Of a DNA stretch of 64,000 nt, positions 50,151 to 60,214 are shown in pieces (position 1 is the first letter of the stretch; each line of letters starts with the position of its first letter). The position numbers and the translations under genes were made by a program. The notes beneath the pieces are model-generated. The model was not told the origin of the DNA and ran no database searches. It saw only the letters and a list, made by a program, of their open reading frames with translations. This DNA is from Glaucostegus cemiculus. Its lineage: Eukaryota. The stretch is from positions 5,208,001 to 5,272,000 of the forward strand of contig CDPCPM010000015.1 of NCBI GenBank assembly GCA_976551045.1, given 5' to 3'.

Positions 50151-52748
50151 TCTGGGGCTTTTGGCAAGTTTCTAATTTGCCACAGCACTTTCTGTCTGGC
50201 ACAGAACTCTCAACTGACATTAACAGTGGTGTAATATGTGAAACCACCTGCTGATTTACAACCTCATTGATTCTTGCTTCCTCCAAGAATGACAAGGTTT
50301 CGCTAGCCTGTTTTCCTTGGAACCATGCTACTTTAAAGGCCAATGTATATTTTGCATTCTTTTTCCTCACTGAGATTCATGACCTCTTGCAACCTCGCAA
50401 ACAACCTAGTTGGTGTATTGGCTGATTTGCCCTTTGAGGTCAAGGACATAGTCAATCTCAGAGTTCTAGATTCTGGGTCATTCTAGGCTGTTGCTACTGC
50501 AGGCTACCCTAAAATGTTAGCATTCATAGACTGCAGTATGTCCTCACAGGCACCTTGCTGGCACCTCCTGCCAGTAGTGACTGGCTGTATTTTTGGAGAT
50601 ATTTGTGACCCGTAAACACAAAGAACATGTCTCTTGCAGGTATTTTTTCTTCACCAGTCAGTCCAGACCACCTTCATCACGTGAGCACACTGTCCCACCC
50701 TCTTCTGATTATCATTTGCAGAATCTATTCATTCAGTAGCAACACTCCCTTCTGCCTGGGAGGGTTGCTTGGGATATGTTCCTTTCGGAGCTGGCTGGAG
50801 GGATTGGGCTGTTCTGCTTAATGTTAGCAGCCGCAAGAACTTCCAATATATCAGTAAGGAACACCATGTTGAAAATGGCATGGGATTGCAAAGGGAAATT
50901 TGACAAGAATTCCATCATTGAAGATCTTGGTCTTAATGTGACAAGTGTAATTGTGGTGACTAACATTGCAGACTAACAGTGACTAATGGCATTAAGAGGT
51001 ATTAAAGCAATTTTTACTCGTGTGCGAAAATCACTTTCTTAAAGTGGAATGTAACTTAAGAACAAAAGTAAAAGTACACTTACTGAAAGTATAGAAGTTA
51101 ATCTATTCCCAGATTCCAGGAAACATATGGAGAGCACACTGCCTATGGAGTCTCACCAGATGATCTGGCAAATTTTCAATCTAGTTATGTAGGGAATTAT
51201 TCTGGGATTCTGGATTGACAGTTCTATTTTCCCTCACCGGCTCTCAGCACAGAAATATTGTTCATTTTATATTTATAGGATTAAAGCTGACTTTGTCTTC
51301 AAATGGGAAACATGTTTACACCTAGACTTCCTACAAGTGGGTCTCCATTCTAGGAACTGAATTCCTACTAACCCTGCCACTCTGGATCCTTGGTGAAAAC
51401 TTCCTCATTGAGCCCAGCTCTAACCCATCAGCAAGATCTTGCATAGTGTATGTCCTGCCATTTATAACTCCCAGTAGAAATGCTTTGCCAGCAGGTTAAG
51501 GCATATCTGGCAGAACTGCTGACAAAAATATAAATATCTCTGATATTCACAAACATTCAAAAGCAATTAGTTATTACATATACAATTTAAAAAGTTTTAA
51601 ATTACTTTTTAAAAAAGTAAAATACAAATACATAAGCTGATAGGAAAACACTTAAAAAAACAATTAAATACCTTTAAACTAACGTATCAAAAAATGTAAA
51701 TTACCTGAAACTTGCCTTTGTCTCTTGCAGCTGTCAATGTCCATTGAAGTGGTTCAGGTTGCTGAACCTCCATCATTTAACTTGACACAGGTTTAGCAAG
51801 TGTAAGTGCAAGGAAACTTATGACATTTGTGCTGTACTGATATTTAGGAATGCAGTCAATAAGTGAGAAAATTTGGGACTTCTGGTTTTGCACGTATTTA
51901 CACAAGAGTTCCAAAGTGCCTTAGAGTTGTGGTGATAGATGCCTGAGACCCGGCATGGGACTGCTGGTGCTGAAAATTTGAGCAGTGGTTTATAATCTAA
52001 ATGTGAATATGAAACTATAGTTCTCCGGCATTGAATGCAGAACCAGTTTTTGCAGAAGTGGTGTCTATTGCCTTGGGATCTGGAACAAATCAACTAGTTT
52101 AGTAAATGGTTTATAATGGGGCTAATTTTTCTTATAACTCACTGTTAAGGGGTCAATCATTTGTGTAAAGCAATTGATTACCCTGGTTTACATGTTTTTA
52201 TATTGGATAAAATGATCAATCCTTGCGTGAACGCAGTATGGTGTCAGTCCTTTACGGAGGACTTTGCTTTAAAATCATTTATATTCCTTCCTCCTTTTTG
52301 TCTTCTCCATTTCACCATTTCTCAGTCCACTTCATCTAATTACCATATAGTAGTCAGCCCCCAAAAGATCTTGGTTCCTGCTTTAGTCTTGTGTCTGCCT
52401 GACTTAATTAAACATTAAATGAACAGCTTTTTACGACAATGCAACACCTTCTGGAGACATCTGGGCCAGACAGCAAACAGTGTTTGGAAAGCATAGAGCA
52501 GTGCCATTTGTATGAGAAGCCATAGTTCCTAAACGTTCAGGTTTGCAATCGTTTTAAAAATTGGGTAATTGGACTGATGATAAAGCTTTGATTGCAGCTA
52601 TGTTTTAGCATTAGGTTGAGCAGGATCAGGATAGTGCCATTATCATTTTACATGTTTTTCTTTGATTTCTTCACATATTGTTTTAATTCTTTTCACCATC
52701 ACTTTCTCCTTTCCTATTTGTGTGCCGTGGTTTTCTCTCACCATCCAG

Positions 52749-52823
52749 TTTACGGATGGAATGTACTGGATTTATTCTCCACAACGCAGTCGTTCCCAAG
52801 CCACATCAGTTTCTGATGAGAGT
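52749..52823 (+). CDS. PIP5K1C: PIP5K1C alternative exon (75 nt; FTDGMYWIYSPQRSRSQATSVSDES), counterpart of the mammalian i3/i5 FTDGRYWIYSP exon
   Basis: ccatccag|TTTACG...GAGAGT|gtaagt; phase 0 to 0; long pyrimidine tract upstream. Confidence 0.88.
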
Positions 52824-53004
52824 GTAAGTTGGTTCTTTTTATTTAAATCTCAATGTTCTATGTTCAATGTCTCTATTTTAATTTTAGTTTCAGCCATTGT
52901 TGACCATACCATCTTTGTAAAAGTTCTAAACTAGTCTATGTGAGAGCACATGAATTAGGAGTGGAAACATAGAACAAAGCAAAATGCTGTGGAAAATAGT
53001 TCCT

Positions 53005-53350
53005 CTTCCATACAGTAATGCAGCAAAGATGTTTTCAAAGCCTTCATGAAAAAAATGTAACATCCCCTCTGAATCTTTGGAATCCCTCGCCCGTAACTGC
53101 TCAAAATGGGGAAGGAACTTTCAGGATGGCACTGAGAATCTTGAGTCTGTCTGTTCATCTGGAACAAACTGAAGACCAACAAAAATAGCAGAAGGAATGG
53201 ACCATTTCTTACCACCCACCCGGTCAAGAATCTCCTGCACCTGTGATAAAGTCTGCAGATTCCACATTAGCCTCATCAGCTTCCTTGGAATCCAAAGAAC
53301 TAGAATGGAAGCAAATCATTCTCAACTCCAAGGGACTGCTTAAGAAGAAG
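53005..53350 (+). mobile_element. RTE-clade LINE 3' fragment
   Basis: ttcaaagccttcatgaaaaaaatgtaacatccc...tgggaatc-like core, decayed C2H2 finger and aagaagaag tail; homologous to the 2866 and 62260 copies. Confidence 0.65.
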
Positions 53351-55264
53351 AAAGGGATTTCTGCTTCACCAGTGCTAAAATTGGTGTATCAACGAATTTA
53401 GATCCTAAAATTCAGCTGCTTAGTCTCATAAGGTGAAGAAAGGTGCACATTTTACCCCAGAGTTCATATTGATGCAATATACCATAGTTTTTCATACACT
53501 CGGTTGTGTACATTGACCTGCATTTATTTTACAAGACATAAATAGAATCATTGGCAGATTCAAATTTTGATAATATGAAGGGGTGGTGAAATATGATTTG
53601 AATTCCTTCTTGGCTAAGCTTGAAAGCTGATTGGATTTCTCAATCCACTATTTTATTCACAAACAGTTGATCTAGATATATAGAATCATGGTTACCAAAG
53701 AACTTTCTTATTTGTTATATTGTTCTCCTTATCTGTTTCAATTTGATCTAGACAAAAGTTTACAACTTCTACAATCATTACAATGCTTTTACCTGAAGGT
53801 CACAGACTAATGTTCAGTTTTGTTCAAAAACAAATGAGTTTATTTTTCAAAATATACTTTTACATTCTTAAAAAGATATTATGTGATGGACAAACTGTCA
53901 ATACACCATTGTTTAAAAGTTATTACACTTGAAGAACAAAATGTCCATCCTGGATCTGATAACACATGATCTGAGGACCAGATAAATCTGTTTCAGAAAT
54001 AGAAATACAAAACAAATTGCAGATATTGGAAATCTGAAATAAAAATAGAAAATGCTGGAGATACTTAGAGGTCAGGCAGTATTTGTGAAGATGCAGTTTT
54101 TTTAAAGTAATGTTGAGTGAAGGTCCAGGACATTAAAGCCAGAGGTACTCCACTAGTCTCCAAAATATTGGTGGTATATTTTCTCTTGATAACATTAATA
54201 CTTTGATTCAGAGGAGCCCCTCTTGAGACATTTGGATCAAGAAAATGCTACCGTTGATGCTTTTGCTTGAAGAGGAATAAACAGGATTAAACTTGCCCTG
54301 GCTATGTATTTGTATGCAAATGTTGACACTGACCACTCATAGGATACTTGACTGTTCAGCAGGCAGATAAGCTATGGTGGTTGATGCTGTTCCTGTGTGG
54401 TGAGCATTTATCTACTCAAGTGTACACAAACACTCACTCACTCTCTCCCAACTCACTTGCTCATTCACTCTGTCCCTTCCAATAAATGTCATTTGATAGT
54501 GATTAGAACTGCATTTATTCACATACCTCTGTCTCAGATCCAAGGCACAAATGGACCAATTGTAACACCCAGTTGTAGCACTCCGATTAGTCTGGGTGAG
54601 ATCAGCTAATTGAACACAGCCATGATAGTAAGATTGGAATATTTTGTTCTAATTGCCTTTTGTACTGACAAGAAGTTTTGTAAGTCTTTATTGTCCAAAA
54701 ATAGATACAGCCGTGTAGTAAACTTCTGTATGTAGCAGTATTATATTCCAATCAAACATTATTAATGCAAAATATTGAGCAATCTTTTAAAACTGCAGCA
54801 ACACCATTTAATAGTTTCATAGCACAGGTAATTTACTTTTGAAGGATAATTTTCTTTTACTAATATTAGAGAATAGCAAAGGACAAAGTAGTAATTAGCC
54901 AGCATCTTGAATGGAAAATGCAGATTATTTTCAACTTGAATGCAGACCATTTTTAATGTCTTTTTACATTTAAGTTTGATGTGGTAAAATGAGACAAAAT
55001 ATACATTTTAAGAAAAGTTTACATGAGCTACAATTTTCTCATGGTTAAATCACATGCTAGTCACTGCACCAAAATAAAAGGTTTACATCACTTTCTGCAG
55101 TTCTGCTGGTATATTTGTTTGGCCTTCCTTTAAACATACTCTGTCTGGAAATTCACATAATATATAACTTGTTTCTCACCTGCAGTTACTTTCTTTCTTC
55201 TTTCCCATTTTTGTTGCTTTCCATGGTTTCTATTTTGTGTCTCCTGTTGATTCCGGTTATTCAG

Positions 55265-55348
55265 TGTACAGAAGAGAGGGCCTGGATTTACTCTCCTCTT
55301 CACTATGGTTCTCACGTCCGTTCAGTTTCAGATGGAGAGAGTGAAACT
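55265..55348 (+). CDS. PIP5K1C: PIP5K1C exon 17 (84 nt; CTEERAWIYSPLHYGSHVRSVSDGESET), talin/AP-2-binding tail of PIPKIgamma90/i2
   Basis: ttattcag|TGTACA...GAAACT|gtaagt; aligns with mammalian PTDERSWVYSPLHYSA..ASDGESDT. Confidence 0.94.
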
Positions 55349-57719
55349 GTAAGTGTATTGTCCCGTTCCTTTCTGAGCTTGGTTTAAGTGTAGGTGCCTT
55401 GGCAGGTGTGGTATTATGTAGAATTAGTACTGAGTCGAATATATACCACAGTTGGTAATCTATTTATTCATTAACATTTTCTTTTTGCCTTTCTCTTAAT
55501 ATAACTTAATACTGAGTTAACAGCAATTTGTAATATATTGCTGAACTCTGAATAACCCTTGTTCTCTTTCATTGAGTCTGTGGAGGATCTATTTCTAAAC
55601 AGAGAAAGTGCATGTATCACATATTTGGTATGCGATGAATATTCAACTCAGCACTAACATAGGATGCATGGCTTTGGATATGAGACATGTTAATAATGGT
55701 GTTTTACTATGCCATTATTATTGTACAGCAAAATATACAAAAGCTTTGTGATCTCAGTTTTTATCATTCTAAATCAAATGGGCTTTCTGGTTAAGTGTCA
55801 GAGAGGAAAGCTGTATTTAATATTTGAGTGTTATTCCAGCTTTGGTATTTTGTAATTACAATATATTTATGTGTTTTTTCTCTTGTCAGATCAAAAGGAG
55901 TGATTGCTTATTTTTAAATTGGGCCTTTATATGTGGTAGTTGTTGACCAATTTTTTTCTTTGTGAAAAGAACTGTTGTCTGGTGAAAGTCCTGAATCCAT
56001 TGTGCCTGTACTATCCCTGATCTTTACATATAGGCAATGTCCTCTGGGAAACTTTGAGCAGAAATATTTGGCAGAACTATTCAGCAATCATGCAAAGAAG
56101 TTCAAAAGGTTATTATGTTTGGGGATAAAAAAAAACTTGCATGAATTGAACCTCCATATTTTCTTAGTTATCTCTATCATTGTACCTTCTCTTCAGAAAT
56201 GTATCTATTACACAATGGGTTCACTTACATTATCCACACAACTAGACTACCCTTTTTTAAAGTAATTCTCCTTTGCTTTGTAATCATGATGTTTGAACTG
56301 TCATTTAAGCACTTTAAAATAGTGATCAATTTGCCTTAATTGGTTTTGGCATTATTTTGAAAGCCATAATCAGAACACCTTGATATCCCTTTAACAGAAA
56401 CCAAATTCGAACTCCAAGCCAATGTTTTCAAGGTTTTTAAACATTTTCTTACACCATTGTAATCAGGGCATATATCCCATTCAGAAACATGGGGACTTAA
56501 TCTGTGCTATTCAATTCTGGCTGTTGGAAACTACATGTGTGTTCATGATGGATCATCCCACCAACACCCTCCCAAATCCACCAGTTTCCCTTGCCCTATG
56601 ACCATTCAAAGCTAAGCTCTCATTGATTTGTGGTAGAAAGTCTGAGATCATGCAGCTTTGAAATGCCTAGTGTATGCATTGCAGTAATAACTGAAGGAAT
56701 TAATCTGAAATATTGAATGTATTATAAAGATATTTATTACTTTTAATACTATCAAACAATATGGTCTCAAGTTTCCAGCCTTCAGCAGAACCCTTGAAAT
56801 CACAGAGTATCCTGAAAAACTAACTTATACAATTGTCACAGATGACCTCCTTTGATGCCTATTTTAATGACCCATGTATTCACATTATGCTGTGAGACCA
56901 AGTATTCAGACAATTTGAGTATTTTAAGGCTGGTTGCTTGTGTTTTTATTTTCCCATAAATTTCATTTTGTATATGTTTGTGGCAAACTTTCAGCCATTC
57001 AGATATTGCTTCCTGAAAACCTCAATGGTGAATTTCTATTGTCTTTTTCACACCATATTTTTCATGTTTACAAGGTAGCAAAATTTGAACTGCATTTAAT
57101 AGGCATTTTTGTCAAAAAAATTAATATTAGTTATGTCTCACACTGCCAATTGTCCCAGCTGTTTTTAAATTGTATTGAGCTGTGGGTTATATTGCCATAA
57201 TAACCACACCCTCTTGTCTTTATTGCACACAAAGGTCAACCAGATCTGAAAGTACTGTGTAATTGAAGTTAACTTTCTCAAGTAATTGGCTTTCCAAAAC
57301 ATTGTCATTTGGGAGCAGGTGCAGTGTATTGAAGTGGGGATGAGATCTCGTAGAAGTTCAGTACAATGTGCTTGGGCAATTTCAAACTTAGCAAGCATGG
57401 AGTCCCAAGTCAGTCCCAATTTACTGCTAAGAAAACAGGAAATGGAAGTATAATGCATTGGTTCTGATAGACACCTAGTTTGATTTGAGGCCCGAGGTGC
57501 GTTATTGAAAGACTAGAGGGAGCTTTACTCACTACTTGACTAATGCTGTACTAATGTCATCTGAGGTAGTTTTCTATCTATAGGACTTGAGGTTTAATGG
57601 TTGTCAATGAGCTTTAGCTAAAACTGATCCCAATTTAACTTAAATCTGAAGGTGCTCTAAATACTACGATAGGAAGACAAAGAGAGTACAAATCTAAAAA
57701 TCAATCAAAAGATAAGATT

Positions 57720-59470
57720 AGAGGTTACAAAAACAATAAAAGGACAAAACCAAAGGCTTTGTATCTCAATGCACACAGCATTCAAAACAGATTAACTCTG
57801 AGCACAAATAGAAATAATTACCATTATAGAGACTTGGCTACAGGGTGACACAGATTGGGTTCTGAATATTAAAACCCACATGATATTTAGGTGGAGCAGG
57901 AAACTTGAAAAAGGTGAGTTCGATGAAGACAAGGAAGGTTATTCCTAAATTTGTTGCTGATTTGCTGATTATAATAACAAATTAGTTGTGAAATGGAAAA
58001 AAGGAGGTTACAAAAGGACAGTGGGTGAGCAAAGATATAGCAAAAGGAATAAGATGTAGGAAAATGTGAAATTGTCCATTTTTTGTAGGAAAAATAAAAA
58101 TGTATATTCAAATGCTGGGAAATTGCAGAGCTTTAAGGTGCCGAAAGATTGTGGTGTCTTTGTACATGATTTGCAAAAGGCTTGTATGTACACACAACAA
58201 ATAATTAAGAATGCTAACAATGTTATTGTTTATTGTGAAGGGAATTTAATACAAAAGCAGAGAGGTTATGCTTTATTTAGATCAAGCTTTGCTGAGGCAA
58301 CATCTAGAAGTTCCCTGTCCTTGTATAAGGTAGGATGTTAACAGACTGGAAGTATTTCAGAGAAGGTTTATTTGAACTAATACTGGAACAGGCAGCAAAA
58401 AATAAACATAATCTGCTGAAAGCATCTGTGCAGACAAAAGAAATATGTTGACATTTTGGGTCTAAATCTGGGGGGTGGAGGTGGCCAGATGGAGCCAGGT
58501 GGGGAGGGGGAGAGGGGGTGGAAAAGGTAAACGAAGGGAGAGAGAAATCCTGGGTACACTGGTGAGAGTGGGAATGGAACATTGGGTGTGGGTTACCTGG
58601 ATTTGGAAAATTCAATAGTCATGCTATTGGGTTGTAACTACTCGAGCAGAATATGAGGTGGCGTTCTTCCAGTTTGTGTTTGGCCTCATTGTGGCAGTGG
58701 AGAAGGCAGAGGATAGACAGGTTGGTTTGAGAATGGGAAGGGGGATTGAAATGACATGAAACTGGACCTTCAAGATAACCATTGTGGTCAGTGCACATGT
58801 GCTCTGCAAATATTCGCCTAGTCTATTCTTGGTCTCGCTGATGTACAGGAAGCCACATCATGAGCACTAAATGTAGTAGACCAGGTTGGAGGAGGTGCAC
58901 ATGAATCTCTGCCTCACCTGGAAGAGCTGTTTAGGTCGTAGATGGTGGTGAGGGTGGAGGTGAAGGGACAAACGTTGCACCTCCTACGGTTGCAGGAAGA
59001 GTGCCTGGGGACAGGGAGGAGTGGGTAGACCAGAGAGCCCTGGAGAGAGTCAAATAGTTGTCCTTTGAAGCTTGCTTTGAATTTACCAGAAATTGGAAGA
59101 GTGAGAAGGGACTTGTTGAAACATAAAAATTTCTGAGGCGTCTTGAAAGGTGGATGTCAAGAGGATGTTTATTTTGGGAGAATCTAGAATTAGGGGTCAA
59201 TACTTAAAAATAACGAGATGCCCTTTTAAGGCAAAGCTGACATGGAAATTTTTGAGGGTTGTGACCCTTTAGACCATTCTTTTTGAGAGGGCAGTGGAAA
59301 TAAAGTCTGAATATTTTTAAGGCAGAAGTAGTTAGGTTCTTGATAAGCCCGGGGGTGAATGGTTATCATGGGTAGACTTTGATGCAGAGTTGAGATTACA
59401 ATCCTGTCCGCCATGATTTCATTATTAGAGAGTGAGCAGTCTTGTGGGGCTGAGTGGGCTACTCCTGTGT
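57720..59470 (+). mobile_element. Degenerate CR1 fragments interrupted by a Penelope-like element
   Basis: ctttgtatctcaatgcacacagcatt (LYLNAHSI) and gagacttggcta (ETWL) endonuclease motifs; RT C-terminal remnants resume after about 59060. Confidence 0.65.
58405..59060 (-). mobile_element. Penelope-like element 3' fragment with GIY-YIG endonuclease remnant
   Basis: Minus strand translates as FQVRQRFMCTSSNLVYYI*CS*CGFLYISETKNRLGE and LLHCHNEAKHKLEERHLIF, matching the Penelope endonuclease pattern (CTS.N..Y.I.C..C...YIGET). Confidence 0.85.
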
Positions 59471-60211
59471 ATTTGAGGTCAAGCAGCAAAGAGGAACAGA
59501 GTTAACATTTCAATGACCATTCATCATAATAATGCCAACCAATATGTAACATATAGAAATATACATTTTATCACTGGCAATAAATCAACCATTGTATTTG
59601 AAACTAATACTGCCATTGCCTTCATATTTTTGTGGTGAAGGAATACCAGTCAAGTTTTGATCATTGTGCTGAATAAGTGAGTAAATTCCCCCTTATTCGT
59701 ACCCCAAGGCAGTGCAATGGGCGATGTGACGTAAAGTTACCTTCTTTCCTTAAAAAAAATTAGCTGAAAAGACTTCTTCTTTATCTGGTTACATCGAAAA
59801 TGGTTTAATGGCTTAATAAGGAATTGTATCATGATGGTCTTAAATTTGATCATTTCCCAGTGCTGCATTAACTGACCCCAAGTTGGGCAGTAGTAACGAT
59901 GTCATATTGACTACAGAACTCTTGAATAGGGGAAGGTGGGGGGAGGAATATAGTCATTTATCTTTATTGCTGTTGAACTGTATGTGTTGTGGTGTGGGGC
60001 TGGCTGGTGATGGCTAGAACAAGATCGCTCTTTTGATGACCATCCATAATTGTGTAGTCTACTGTTTCTTAATGATTCACATGACAAATGGTTACTAAGA
60101 ATGCTAGGGTCTATATAATCAAGAGTCAGCATCCCTCAGGAACTGTAATGAATACATGTTCATTTTGAAGCTTACAGTTCAGCTTTATAACTCTCTTTTG
60201 TTTTCAATCAG

Positions 60212-60214
60212 TAA
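60212..60214 (+). CDS. PIP5K1C: PIP5K1C terminal exon coding part: the TAA stop codon only
   Basis: ctctcttttgttttcaatcag|TAAATCTATGCAG; phase 0, compatible with exon 16, the alternative exon and exon 17. Confidence 0.82.
   Translation, partial: 

Larger units (their letters stand above)
11002..60214 (+). other. PIP5K1C: PIP5K1C gene body (coding exon 2 through the stop-codon exon; exon 1 outside window)
   Basis: Exons with compatible phases and AG/GT (one GC) boundaries translate to a type I PIP kinase. Gamma-paralog features: [31 protein letters not shown] and WIYSPLHY. Exon numbering follows the human gene from memory. Confidence 0.96.

Noticed and set aside
55175-55275. Alternative acceptors for exon 17 (AG at 55184-55185 and AG 7 nt inside the exon)
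   Set aside because: Offsets of 79 and 7 nt break the frame of the conserved WIYSPLHY peptide.
55349-55387. Read-through tail of exon 17 ending in SLV (PDZ-ligand-like)
   Set aside because: The donor is a strong gtaagt, and a three-residue motif arises easily by chance; there is no evidence of retention.
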